Assembly: GCA_965227515.1 (NCBI GenBank)
Contig: CBDDFZ010000002.1
Coordinates: 416,001-480,000, forward strand
Direction of reading: 5' to 3'
DNA length: 64,000 nt
Source: Alphaproteobacteria bacterium
GTDB taxonomy: Bacteria > Pseudomonadota > Alphaproteobacteria > CALKHQ01
Made by a program: the position numbers and the translations under genes. A model generated the notes under the pieces. That model made no database searches. It was not told the DNA's origin and saw only the letters and a list, made by a program, of their open reading frames with translations. Numbering within the stretch: the stretch's first letter is position 1; each line of letters starts with the position of its first letter. This document shows positions 21,364-31,058 of this stretch, one piece after another.

Positions 21364-22478
21364 TGGTGCTCGGCAAGGTTGAGGGCCTGCCGGTCGCCAT
21401 CGTGCTGTGCCTCATCGTCGGCGTGTTCATGATCACCGCGCCGAACAGTTTCCTCGGTCCCAACATCTACCTGTCGTTCCTGGCCACGGTGCCGCCGCCG
21501 CTGATGATCGGCCTCGGCCTTACCCTGGTGATCGCGGCCGGCGAGATCGACCTGTCGTTCCCCTCCATCGTCAAGATGTCGGGCATCGTGTTCGCGATCT
21601 GCTTCAAGTTCATCGCGCTGCCGATGGACATCGGCGAGGACAATCTGCCGATGGGCAGCTTGGGGCCGGACCTTCTGATCTGGGTGTTCTTCCTGGCCGC
21701 GATCCTGGTCGGCGCGCTGATCGGGTTCCTGAACGGCATCCTGGTCGCGGTGATCGGCATTCCCTCCATCATCGCCACGCTGGCGATGCTGTTCGTGTTC
21801 GAGGGCGTGTCGATGATCATCGGCCAGGGCCAGCAATATTCGCTGCGCGGCATCGACGACTATTCGATCCACTCGGTGCTGACCGGGCGCTGGTTCGATG
21901 TGCCGTCGCAGGCGCTGTGGGCGCTGGTGGCGACGGTGGGCATCTGGTTCCTGCTCAACCGGCACCGCTTCGGCGAGCACCTGATGTTCATCGGCGACAA
22001 CCAGGAAGTGGCGCGGGTGATGGGCGTCGACGTCAAGCGCCGCAAGATCCTGCTGTTCACGCTGATGGGCGTGATCGCGGCCATCGCCGGCGTGCTGGTG
22101 ACGCTGGAGAACAAGAACTACTACACCACCCAGGGCACCGCCTATCTGCTGATCGTGGTCGCGGCGGTGTTCATCGGCGGCACCTCGATCTCCGGCGGCC
22201 GCGGGCTGATCGTCGGCACCTTCTTCGCCTCCTATGTGGTCGGCTGCATCGAGGCCGGCATCGTCGCCTCCGGCCTTGGCGGGTATTGGACCAGGCTGGT
22301 GGTCGGCCTGATTTTCCTAGGCGCTGTCATTTTCCATTTGGTCGTCGAACAGCCGGCCCGCCTGCGCGAGCTGGTGGGCATGCGCACCGACGGCGCATTG
22401 AGGGCGCGATCGGCGCGCCCGCAACAAACCGGGGACCCGCCTGGGCAACCCGGACAAAGGAGAGGAAGCGATCCATGA
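21363..22478 (+). CDS. Sugar-type ABC permease
   Basis: GEIDLSF, IPSIIATL, AAVFIGGTS..GGRG. Confidence 0.9.
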   Translation: MVLGKVEGLPVAIVLCLIVGVFMITAPNSFLGPNIYLSFLATVPPPLMIGLGLTLVIAAGEIDLSFPSIVKMSGIVFAICFKFIALPMDIGEDNLPMGSLGPDLLIWVFFLAAILVGALIGFLNGILVAVIGIPSIIATLAMLFVFEGVSMIIGQGQQYSLRGIDDYSIHSVLTGRWFDVPSQALWALVATVGIWFLLNRHRFGEHLMFIGDNQEVARVMGVDVKRRKILLFTLMGVIAAIAGVLVTLENKNYYTTQGTAYLLIVVAAVFIGGTSISGGRGLIVGTFFASYVVGCIEAGIVASGLGGYWTRLVVGLIFLGAVIFHLVVEQPARLRELVGMRTDGALRARSARPQQTGDPPGQPGQRRGSDP

Positions 22479-23467
22479 CGAAGACACTTGCCACATTGGG
22501 CGGCGTTGCCGCCTGCGCCTTGGCGGTCGGGCTCGGCGCTCAGACGGCCAATGCCCAGGCCATCGGCGAAGGCTTGGTGATGTACTTCCAGATGGGCGGC
22601 TCGCCGGGCGGCGGCGCCACCCTGCCGCGCACCAACGGCGCGCGCGCGGCGGCGGAGGCCTTCGGTATCGAGCTGCGCGAGCAGTATTCCTCCTGGCAGC
22701 CCGAAACGATGCTGAACCAGTTCCGCGAGGCGGTGGCCGGCAACCCGGATTGCATCGAGATCATGGGCCACCCCGGCTATGACGCCTGGGAGAGCCTGGT
22801 TGCCGACGCCAGGAGCCAGGGCATCACCATCACCAGCGGCAACGCCTCGATCCCGCAGCTTGCCGAGACCTATCAGGCGGACGGCTTCGGCTATGTCGGC
22901 GTCGAGCTCTATGCCGGCGGCTGGCTGACCGGCAAGATGATGGTCGAGCACGGCGGGCTTGCCGAGGGCGACAAGGCGGTGGTCTACGGCCACTTCGCCT
23001 CCGGCCGGCGGCAGTCGGCGGACGGTCTGGCCGATGCGTTGCGCGACGCCGGTCTGGAAGTCGACGAACTGGTCATCAGCTCCGAGGTCGACGCCGACTT
23101 CTCGCAGGCGGTGCCGGTGATCGTCGGCTATCTGGACTCCAATCCGGAGGTGAAGGCCATCGGCACCCAGCACGGCGGCGTGACCGGCATCTACGCCCAG
23201 GCGCTACAGGCGGCGGGCAAGGAGCCGGGCGAGATCGTCGCCGGCGGCATCGACCTTGCGCCAGCCACCATCGACGGCCTGCTCGACGGCTATGTCACCG
23301 TGACCCTGGACCAGCAACTCTACCTGCAGGGCTTCCTGCCGGTCGTACAGTGTTTGGTTTCGGCAAAATATGGTATTACGGGGTTCTCGGTGAACACCGG
23401 TGGCGGCGTGGTGACGCCCGACACGATCAATGATCTCATTCCGTTGATCGAGGAAGGCATCCGCTAG
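22475..23467 (+). CDS. Sugar-type ABC substrate-binding protein
   Basis: Start MTKTLAT (ATGA overlap, AGGAGAGG RBS); signal peptide; GGID, DQQLYLQG; related to 8531..9514. Confidence 0.88.
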   Translation: MTKTLATLGGVAACALAVGLGAQTANAQAIGEGLVMYFQMGGSPGGGATLPRTNGARAAAEAFGIELREQYSSWQPETMLNQFREAVAGNPDCIEIMGHPGYDAWESLVADARSQGITITSGNASIPQLAETYQADGFGYVGVELYAGGWLTGKMMVEHGGLAEGDKAVVYGHFASGRRQSADGLADALRDAGLEVDELVISSEVDADFSQAVPVIVGYLDSNPEVKAIGTQHGGVTGIYAQALQAAGKEPGEIVAGGIDLAPATIDGLLDGYVTVTLDQQLYLQGFLPVVQCLVSAKYGITGFSVNTGGGVVTPDTINDLIPLIEEGIR

Positions 23468-23522
23468 AGCGCATCGCGCGCGTAGCGGAACGACACTGCG
23501 TCGTTGGCTTTTTCTGCCCCGG

Positions 23523-23651
23523 GTGGTGCTGCGCAAGCGGCACCACCCGGTTCGGTATCTGGGGTGTGGTGCTGCGCAAGCGGCACCACCCGGTTCGGTA
23601 TCTGGGGCGTGGTGCTGCGCAAGCGGCACCACCCGGTTCGGTATCTGGGGC
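23523..23651. repeat. Three tandem 43-bp repeats, each with a hairpin
   Basis: GTGGTGCTGCGCAAGCGGCACCACCCGGTTCGGTATCTGGGG at 23523, 23566, 23609; no spacers. Confidence 0.9.
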
Positions 23652-24035
23652 ACCGCGTCGTCATTGCGAGGCGCGCCAATTCGGCGCGACGCGGCAATCC
23701 AGAGCTTAGTGCCCGATATCGTTGCAATCGCCTGGATTGCTTCGTCGCGTAGCCTGTCCTCGGGCGGGCCTGCGGGCCCGAGCCGTGGGCTTCTCGCAAT
23801 GACGCCAACCTTTTGGGGAGTTGGCCAGCAACGCCGTCGGACTCAGCCTGTAGCCTGGGTGGAGCGCAGCGAAACCCGGGTTCCACTTCGTTCGACCCAG
23901 GCTACGCGCTGGTGCTTTCCAGTTCCACCAGGGACGGCATTCCGAACCGCGTCGTCATTGCGAGGCGCGCCAATTCGGCGCGACGCGGCAATCCAGAACA
24001 ACGTGCCCGATATCGTTGCAATCGCCTGGATTGCT
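23652..24035. repeat. About 90-bp direct repeat (CGTCATTGCGAG-type REP element) at 23652..23741 and 23946..24035
   Basis: ACCGCGTCGTCATTGCGAGGCGCGCCAATTCGGCGCGACGCGGCAATCCAG...CTGGATTGCT near-identical twice; first copy closes with CTCGCAATGACG near 23800. Confidence 0.85.
23850..23905. repeat. GTAG-type REP inverted repeat
   Basis: GTAGCCTGGGTGGAGCGCAGCGAAACCCGGGTTCCACTTCGTTCGACCCAGGCTAC. Confidence 0.8.
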
Positions 24036-24199
24036 ACGTGGAGCCTGTGCCAGCCTTCGGCCGGTCCTGAGGGACCATCCATGACTTTCCGCAGTCGTTG
24101 CCAAGACGTGGATGCCCCCTCGGATCAAGTCCGAGGGCAGGCTCCACAAGTGCGGGCATGACGTTAGTGGGTATTTAGTAAACTGTCACCGAATTGGGC

Positions 24200-25705
24200 T
24201 CAGGCGCGGCGCTGCGCGGGGACGTCGCTCACCCAACCGGCCAGTGTCTCGATCTCGCGGTAGAGTGCTGCCGCTTCCGCGTAGAGCTGCTGGTCGTATA
24301 GACCGGTCGGCGACCGGTCCGGCGTCGCGCGGAAGTGGCTCGTGAAATTCACCCGTCCAGGTGCCAGGTCCAGCGCGGCGCAAAGCTGCGTCATGGTCTG
24401 CTGCGGGGCCGCGCGCAGATCGTCCTGCAGCACGAAGATGCAGCGATCGCGGTGGCGCAGGATGTCCCGGAAGGCGTGCACCCAGTAGTCCAGCCAGTAG
24501 TCGTGGGAGTCCGGATCATGGCGCCCGGCCTCGAACCCGGCGAACTGGATCGGCTTGTGGATCAGGCCGAACTCGAAATGCCCGATATCGCGCATGTAGC
24601 GCCGGATGAAGTCGTCCTCGGTCTGCAGTGCGACGAAGTTGCGGTGCTGGCGCAGCAGCGACGCCGCATGGTTCTCCGGCCGCCGGACCGGCACGACGAT
24701 ACGGCAGTCGGGGAAGGCCTCCGCCAGGTAGGGAATGCGCGCGATGTTGGCGTTGTTCTTCGACAGATAGCGCGCGGCCTGGGCTGACTTCGCCTTGTTC
24801 CGGGACAGGCGGGCGCGCACGATCTTCGCCATGTGGCGCTCAAGAAACCGCTCGGCATCGGGCTTCCGGTCAGCGGCCGTCCATGGCGCAATCGACGACG
24901 CGCCATACTTCTCCGGCCAGTACATCTGCCAGACGACCTCCTCGAACGCCTCCGGGCTGTCGAGGTCGATCTCCAGGCCGTCGCCATGGGCGCGGTGGCG
25001 GCGGGCAACGCCACGCCGGTTGCCGCCGGCAAGCCGGTTCCACAGGCTGGGCGCGGTCACGAACGGCATGTCCCGATAGGTATGGGTGGCGACCTCCGGC
25101 AGCTCGTTCAGTGCGTTGAGAAGGGCCGTGGTGCCGCCGCGCGCCAGCGAGGTGACCAAAACCGGCGGCGCGGAAGGTGCGGGTGCGGCCCTCGCCGTCA
25201 GCCGGTCCTCGAGCCACGATGCCGAACGCAGGACGGCCGGGCTGGAGAAGGCGACCATGTGGAAGAAGCGGTCGGCGGTGGAATACAGGCTGGTTTCGGC
25301 AGCTTTCCGGTTGGCGGACGACCGCCGCAACCGCCGCACGACCTCGACGCCGATGCCCGCGACGACGCAGACGATCAGGATGTAGTCCCACCGCATCATC
25401 AGCGTCAGGATCGCGTCCTGCGACGCCAGCGCGAACTTGTCGGCCAGGAAGATCGGCGCCGCCGCGACCGCCAGGGCGGCGAGCGCGCGCCACAGGATGC
25501 TGAAGCTGGCGACGATCAGGCCGAGGCCGGCGCGCCTGACGGCGACCTCCTTGGCGTCGTCGTCCAGCTCGCTGTCCGTCATCGCGGACAGCCCCGCCAT
25601 CATCGTCTTCATGGCGCGGTGGGAGATCGGCACGATGCGCCCCCACCACAGCACCAGGCAGAAGCCGGCGACCGCCAGAAGCGAGATGGCGATCTCCGCG
25701 ATCAT
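24200..25705 (-). CDS. Membrane-anchored sulfotransferase-family protein
   Basis: About three N-terminal TM helices; 5'-PSB-like SLARGGTT, SKNN, 3'-PB-like VRRP..AASL. Confidence 0.78.
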   Translation of the reverse strand: MIAEIAISLLAVAGFCLVLWWGRIVPISHRAMKTMMAGLSAMTDSELDDDAKEVAVRRAGLGLIVASFSILWRALAALAVAAAPIFLADKFALASQDAILTLMMRWDYILIVCVVAGIGVEVVRRLRRSSANRKAAETSLYSTADRFFHMVAFSSPAVLRSASWLEDRLTARAAPAPSAPPVLVTSLARGGTTALLNALNELPEVATHTYRDMPFVTAPSLWNRLAGGNRRGVARRHRAHGDGLEIDLDSPEAFEEVVWQMYWPEKYGASSIAPWTAADRKPDAERFLERHMAKIVRARLSRNKAKSAQAARYLSKNNANIARIPYLAEAFPDCRIVVPVRRPENHAASLLRQHRNFVALQTEDDFIRRYMRDIGHFEFGLIHKPIQFAGFEAGRHDPDSHDYWLDYWVHAFRDILRHRDRCIFVLQDDLRAAPQQTMTQLCAALDLAPGRVNFTSHFRATPDRSPTGLYDQQLYAEAAALYREIETLAGWVSDVPAQRRA

Positions 25706-25935
25706 GCGGGTTCTTGCGAGTTACCGTTGTCTGCATTGCCGCTGGCCTTGGCCTTGCGCATACGCTTCAGCGGGTACCAGAGCAGGCCGACCCCGAGCAG
25801 CAGCACGCCACCGATCAGCGCGACGGTGACCGCGATGGCGCCCAGGCCGGCGCCGGGCCCGATATAGGCCAGCGCGGGGCTGGGCAGCAGCACCGCAACC
25901 GTGGCCAGCATTGCAGCCAGGCGTAGCGAATTCAT
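25702..25935 (-). CDS. Small membrane protein (signal peptide, AYIGPG motif, TM helix, basic tail)
   Basis: AGGAG RBS; stop overlaps sulfotransferase start (ATGA). Confidence 0.75.
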   Translation of the reverse strand: MNSLRLAAMLATVAVLLPSPALAYIGPGAGLGAIAVTVALIGGVLLLGVGLLWYPLKRMRKAKASGNADNGNSQEPA

Positions 25936-25987
25936 CATCGTTCTCCTCGCGTCTAGCGCATCCCATCGTCACCGCTGGCGCACGCCC

Positions 25988-27349
25988 TCAGTTCGCGCAA
26001 GCCGTCCACTCGGTGTCGAAATAGTCCGCGGCATAGATCGCCGCGTTGGTGATCTCGCCGACGAAATCGTCGTTGTAGTGGTTGACGTATTCCCAAACGA
26101 CGTTGCGCCCGGCGTCGACTTCCAGCACCCGGCCGGCATCGAACTCTGTGATCAGGATACCGTCGTCCGCCAGCAGCTCGTGATTGCCGCGAATGACCGA
26201 CAACATTTCCTCACCCGGCCGCTCGCCGAACAGCACCTCGGTCTCCCGGGTCACGGGGTCGACCGCCACGATGTTGGTGGTGAACGGCGTGCTCAGCACG
26301 GTTTGGTCGTCGACATAGGCGGTGCGGTAGACATTGTTGTTGAAGATCGACAGCCGGCCGTCGGGGCGAAACTCGGGGTCGTGCTGGCGCAGCCATGGCC
26401 CGGTCTGGTGCCACTTCACCTCGTAAGTGACCGGATCGACCACCATGACAAGGTTGAGCCCGCGCATGGAGATCGCCAGGTCGCCGGCGGCAAACAACGG
26501 AAACGCATCGGCGATGGCCGTCGGCAGCTCCGTCACCTTGTTGGCGTGCACCAGGTCGGTCCGCTCGACGATGTCGTGGCCGAAGTCGTTGCCGTTCGCG
26601 GTCAGGATGGCTTCCATGCCGGCGTCGCGCATCAGCTCGGGGATCGAGGTCTCCGAGATGATGTCGCCGTCCTCGCTGACCCGCAGGATCGTGTCCTCCC
26701 GCATGACCTGCTCGGTCGCCGCCGCGGCAAACGGTGCCAGCCGGGACGGCGCCTCGATGGCCTTCCAGTTGAGCTGGCCGAGCAGCCAGTACCCGCCGGC
26801 CTCCGCCGGGACCAGGGAATGGTGGGTGGGCTGGTCGATGGTCCAGGCCACGCCGCCGCACTGGTCCAGTTTGACGGTGCCGCAATACTCGTAGTTGAAG
26901 ACCAGCTCGCCGCGCGGCGTCACATGGGCGCCGTGGGTGTCGACCAGCAGCGGCGAGGCGAGGTCGCAGACGCGCGCGTCGACGTCCGGGAAGTGGGCGA
27001 AGTAGTCGAGCGACCACTGTTTCACGATGGTCCCGTCGCGCCGGATCAGGCGCACCTGGTTTTCCTCGTCGAAGAACCCGGCCAGCATCACCAGGGCGCC
27101 GTCATCGGGGCCCGCGTTGATCGTCACGCCGTTGCCCTGGCCGCGGGTCGGCTGCAGGTGCTCGTAGAGCGGCGTGTCCATCAGCCCGCCATCGCTGAAG
27201 ATGGTGTCGTAGGCGTCTTTCAGCTGGGGGATCGGCGGCAGGTTGTTGCCGTGCGCCAGCGCGCCGAAAAGAAACACCGACGCCAGGACGGTAAAGGCCA
27301 GGCAGCCGACGAAAATACGTCTTGCAATGTTGTCGACAAGTTTCGACAT
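25988..27349 (-). CDS. Arylsulfotransferase (ASST)-family beta-propeller protein
   Basis: N-terminal anchor; THHS, D..HAN, ISMR, W..QHD, IFNNN and VWEY motifs. Confidence 0.8.
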   Translation of the reverse strand: MSKLVDNIARRIFVGCLAFTVLASVFLFGALAHGNNLPPIPQLKDAYDTIFSDGGLMDTPLYEHLQPTRGQGNGVTINAGPDDGALVMLAGFFDEENQVRLIRRDGTIVKQWSLDYFAHFPDVDARVCDLASPLLVDTHGAHVTPRGELVFNYEYCGTVKLDQCGGVAWTIDQPTHHSLVPAEAGGYWLLGQLNWKAIEAPSRLAPFAAAATEQVMREDTILRVSEDGDIISETSIPELMRDAGMEAILTANGNDFGHDIVERTDLVHANKVTELPTAIADAFPLFAAGDLAISMRGLNLVMVVDPVTYEVKWHQTGPWLRQHDPEFRPDGRLSIFNNNVYRTAYVDDQTVLSTPFTTNIVAVDPVTRETEVLFGERPGEEMLSVIRGNHELLADDGILITEFDAGRVLEVDAGRNVVWEYVNHYNDDFVGEITNAAIYAADYFDTEWTACAN

Positions 27350-27479
27350 CTCTGCCTCGCACCGAACAAGTGGGCTGATCGATTTCCGTGGTGGAAGTCG
27401 CGCGCGAAAGACCCTATCCCGGTGGGGTTAAAATACGGTTCCGGTGCCCCACGACGCTCATGAAACCGAGGCGAACCCG

Positions 27480-28046
27480 ATGTCCGACAAGAACGAGATT
27501 TTGACCGAGCGCTTGGTATTGCGGCGGGTCGGGCAGGGCGACGTGACCGACATCGTCAGGATGGACGCCGACCCGGTGGTGATGCGGTTCATGGGCGGCC
27601 CGGCGGACCAGACCAGCCGGGAGCGATGGTTCCGTGCCGCCATTCGGCGGGGGTGGCCCGTGGGCGGCGGCCTCTGGGCGGTGCGCGACCGCGCCGACGG
27701 CCGTTTCCTCGGCACCAGCGGCCTGTTCGACATCCCGATGCAGTCGTCGTTCTACGGGCCGCAGCTCTACGAGATCGGCTATCGGTTCTTGCAGCATGCC
27801 TGGGGGCGGGGCATCGCGACCGAGGCGGGACGTGCGGTGCTGGACCACGGGTTTCGGGTCATGGGCCTGGACCCGATCGTCGCGGTCACCAATCCCTTCA
27901 ACTTCAACTCGCAGCGCGTGCTCAGCAAGATCGGCTTCCGCCGCGAAGGCGAACGCGTCGCCTATGATCTGTCGCTGCCGTTCTTCGTCGCCACCCGCAA
28001 GCGCCACGAGGCGATGGCTACGCGCGCCAATGGCAAGGGGCTATAA
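27480..28046 (+). CDS. GNAT N-acetyltransferase (RimJ/RimL-type)
   Basis: TERLVLR, EIGY...WGRGIATE, N..SQRVLSKIGF. Confidence 0.88.
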   Translation: MSDKNEILTERLVLRRVGQGDVTDIVRMDADPVVMRFMGGPADQTSRERWFRAAIRRGWPVGGGLWAVRDRADGRFLGTSGLFDIPMQSSFYGPQLYEIGYRFLQHAWGRGIATEAGRAVLDHGFRVMGLDPIVAVTNPFNFNSQRVLSKIGFRREGERVAYDLSLPFFVATRKRHEAMATRANGKGL

Positions 28047-28077
28047 CGGCGCTTCTTGATCAATAAGGGAAACGGCC

Positions 28078-29007
28078 ATGCCAGTTCGCGAGCTCGACCC
28101 GTGGCGGATGCAGTATTTCGAGAATCTCGACTGCCCGGATGACGTGGTCATCCCGACCGAGGATGGCGACGCCTATATGATGTTTCCCAAGCATCGCTGG
28201 ATCTACAACAAGCTGACGATCTGCGAGAGCCAGGGTATCGCTGGCGCGCCCCATGGCTTCGAGCCCGAGGCCTACCCCGTCTTCTCCAAGCCGATCTACA
28301 ACATGCGCGGCATGGGCGCTGGCTCCCAGGTGTTCGCGTCGCACGACGACTACATGCTCGGCCAGATGCCGGGTCATTTGTGGATGGAGCTGATGAAGGG
28401 CGAGCACGTCAGCACCGATATCGCGGTGGTGGACGGCGAGCCGAAATGGTGGCGCCATGTGACCGGGGTTTCGATCGGCGATGGCGTGTTCGACTATTGG
28501 CACGTGCATGCGGCGCCACGCCCGCAGATCGAGGATTATTGCGGACGCTGGCTGCGCGCGCACTTCACCGGCTACACCGGCATGGTCAATGTGGAGACCA
28601 TCGGCGGCCGCATCATCGAAGGCCATCTGCGCTTCGCCGACCAGTGGCCCGACCTCTATGGCAAGGGCTGGTGCGACGCGCTGGTCGGCCTCTACCGCGA
28701 CGGGGCTTGGAACTTCGACGACGCCGACCGGCGCGACGGCTATAGCGTGGTGCTGTTCGGCGCCCACGGCGTGCCCTACACGCACCCACCCAAGGACCTG
28801 GTCGATGAGCTGCGCGCGCGTCCCGGTGTGTCCAGCATCCAGATCACGTTCCATGACGACCGGCCGCTGGAGGCGCATTCCATGCCGCCCGGCGGCTTCC
28901 GGCTCGCCATCGTCAACTGCCACGACCTCGACCTGGGCCGCGCGATCCGCGACGAACTGGCACTGGCGTTCTGGTCCACGCATACGCTCGGTGCGACGGC
29001 CGGCTAA
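28078..29007 (+). CDS. Hypothetical protein with ATP-grasp-like motifs
   Basis: Host-like codon usage, RBS; YNKL, PVFSKP..N..GMGAG, WME..GEH.S.D, NVE..GG.IIE.H.R. Confidence 0.65.
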   Translation: MPVRELDPWRMQYFENLDCPDDVVIPTEDGDAYMMFPKHRWIYNKLTICESQGIAGAPHGFEPEAYPVFSKPIYNMRGMGAGSQVFASHDDYMLGQMPGHLWMELMKGEHVSTDIAVVDGEPKWWRHVTGVSIGDGVFDYWHVHAAPRPQIEDYCGRWLRAHFTGYTGMVNVETIGGRIIEGHLRFADQWPDLYGKGWCDALVGLYRDGAWNFDDADRRDGYSVVLFGAHGVPYTHPPKDLVDELRARPGVSSIQITFHDDRPLEAHSMPPGGFRLAIVNCHDLDLGRAIRDELALAFWSTHTLGATAG

Positions 29008-29017
29008 GCGCATGTAG

Positions 29018-31051
29018 ATGACAGTCGTTGACGACTTTCCGCACGACATTGAGGAAATAGAGAACACCTGGATCGCGATGCCGGACGGTGTACGGCTGGC
29101 GGCGCGCATATGGCTGCCGAGGGCGGCGCATGACACGCCGGTGCCCGCGATCCTGGAATACCTGCCCTACCGCAAGCGCGACCTGACCCGGCTGCGCGAC
29201 GAACCGATGCACCGCTACTACGCCGGCCACGGCTATGCCGCGGTGCGCGTCGACGTCCGCGGCGCCGGCGACAGCGACGGCGTGCTCGCCGATGAGTATT
29301 CGCGCCAGGAGCACGAGGACGCCCAACACGTCGTTGCCTGGCTGGCGGGCCAGCCCTGGTGCAGCGGTGCGGTCGGCATGGTCGGTATCTCGTGGGGCGG
29401 GTTCAACGCGCTGCAGGTGGCGGCGCTGCGGCCGCCGGCCCTGAAGGCAATCATTACGCTGTGTGCGGCGGATGACCGGTATGCCGACGACGCCCACTAC
29501 ATGGGCGGCTGCCTGATCAACGAGAACCAGCAATGGGGCACGGTGCTGACCGCCTTCAACGCGTTTCCGCCCGACCCGGAGATTTCCGGCGAAGGCTGGC
29601 GCGCGAAGTGGCTGGAGCGGCTGCATCACGCGACCCTGTTCCCGGCGCTCTGGCTGCGCCACCAGCGGCGCGACGACTATTGGCGGCACGGCTCGGTATG
29701 CGAGGCGCCGGACCGGATCGCCTGCCCGGTCCTTGCCATCGGGGGCTGGGCCGACGGCTACTCCAATGCTGTGCCGCGCCTGCTGGCCAGCTTGACCGTG
29801 CCGCGCAAGGGCCTGATCGGACCGTGGGCGCACATGTACCCCCACGACGGTGTGCCCGGCCCCGAGATCGGGTTCCTGCAGGAGGCGGTGCGCTGGTGGG
29901 ATCACTGGCTGAAGGGCATCGACACAGGGACCATGGACGAGCCGATGTACCGGGTCTGGATGCAGGAGAGCGTGCCGCCGCAGCCGAGCTACGACCATCG
30001 GCCGGGCCGCTGGGTGTCGGAAGCCTCCTGGCCGTCGCCGCGCATCGTTGGGCACACGCTGCACCTGGGGCCGGCCGGGCTGGATGCCGCGCCGCAGCCC
30101 GACGCCGAGTTGTCCGTCTCGTCGCCGCAGACGACAGGGTTCCATGGCGGGGTGTGGTGCGCCTTCGGCAGCGAGGGCGAGATGCCCACCGACCAGCGAG
30201 CCGACGACGGCTGCTCGCTGACATTCGACAGTGCGCCGCTGGAGGCCGCTTTGGAAATCCTCGGTGCGCCGGTCGTAACCCTGGAACTGGCGCTTGACCG
30301 GCCCGTCGGCATGATCGCCGTTCGTCTGTGCGATGTCGCACCGGACGGCACGTCGGCCAGGGTGACCTATGGGCTGCTCAACCTGACCCACCGCGACAGC
30401 CATGCGGACCCGGTGTCGCTCGAACCGGGTAAGACCTACACGGTGCGGATCGCCTTGAACGACATCGCCCATGCGTTCCCGGCCGGCAACACGATCCGGT
30501 TGGCGGTTTCCACCAGCTACTGGCCGATCGCCTGGCCGGCGCCGGAGCCGGCGGTGCTGACCGTGTTCACCGCCGGCAGCGCCCTGCAGTTGCCGGTGCG
30601 CCCGCCGGACCCCGCCGACGCGAACCTGCGTCCGTTTTCGCCGCCGGAGCGCGCACCGGGCGAGGAGGTGCAGCCATTGCGCCCGCTGAAGTTCGTGCGC
30701 GAACTCGGCCGCGACCTCACCACCGGCGCCACTGTCTATCGCCTACACAGCGATGCCGGTGAACTGGGCGGGGCGGCGCTCGCCCGCATCGACGCCATCG
30801 ACCTGGAACTCGGCAAGCGGTTCGAGAAGCACTACCGGATCGACGACACCGACCCGCTGAGCGCGCGCTTCGAGGCGAGTTACGCCACCACATTCCGGCG
30901 TGGCGACTGGCGTGTCCGCGTCGACGTCCGCACGCGGCTGACCGCGAGCCGCGACAGCTTCCACGTCGCGGCCACGCTGGAAGCTTATGAGGGCGAAACG
31001 CGTGTCTTCGCCCGCTCCTGGGACGAGGCCATTCCGCGCGATCTGGTGTGA
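29018..31051 (+). CDS. CocE/NonD family hydrolase (peptidase S15-like)
   Basis: PYRK, VDVRG.GDS.G, GISWGG nucleophile, GGWADGY, GPWAH, C-terminal PepX-like domain. Confidence 0.9.
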   Translation: MTVVDDFPHDIEEIENTWIAMPDGVRLAARIWLPRAAHDTPVPAILEYLPYRKRDLTRLRDEPMHRYYAGHGYAAVRVDVRGAGDSDGVLADEYSRQEHEDAQHVVAWLAGQPWCSGAVGMVGISWGGFNALQVAALRPPALKAIITLCAADDRYADDAHYMGGCLINENQQWGTVLTAFNAFPPDPEISGEGWRAKWLERLHHATLFPALWLRHQRRDDYWRHGSVCEAPDRIACPVLAIGGWADGYSNAVPRLLASLTVPRKGLIGPWAHMYPHDGVPGPEIGFLQEAVRWWDHWLKGIDTGTMDEPMYRVWMQESVPPQPSYDHRPGRWVSEASWPSPRIVGHTLHLGPAGLDAAPQPDAELSVSSPQTTGFHGGVWCAFGSEGEMPTDQRADDGCSLTFDSAPLEAALEILGAPVVTLELALDRPVGMIAVRLCDVAPDGTSARVTYGLLNLTHRDSHADPVSLEPGKTYTVRIALNDIAHAFPAGNTIRLAVSTSYWPIAWPAPEPAVLTVFTAGSALQLPVRPPDPADANLRPFSPPERAPGEEVQPLRPLKFVRELGRDLTTGATVYRLHSDAGELGGAALARIDAIDLELGKRFEKHYRIDDTDPLSARFEASYATTFRRGDWRVRVDVRTRLTASRDSFHVAATLEAYEGETRVFARSWDEAIPRDLV

Positions 31052-31058
31052 TCTTGCG

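Noticed and set aside
23523-23651. Possible CRISPR array (hairpin-containing repeats)
   Set aside because: Units are contiguous 43-bp copies with no unique spacers and no cas genes nearby; tandem REP-like repeat.
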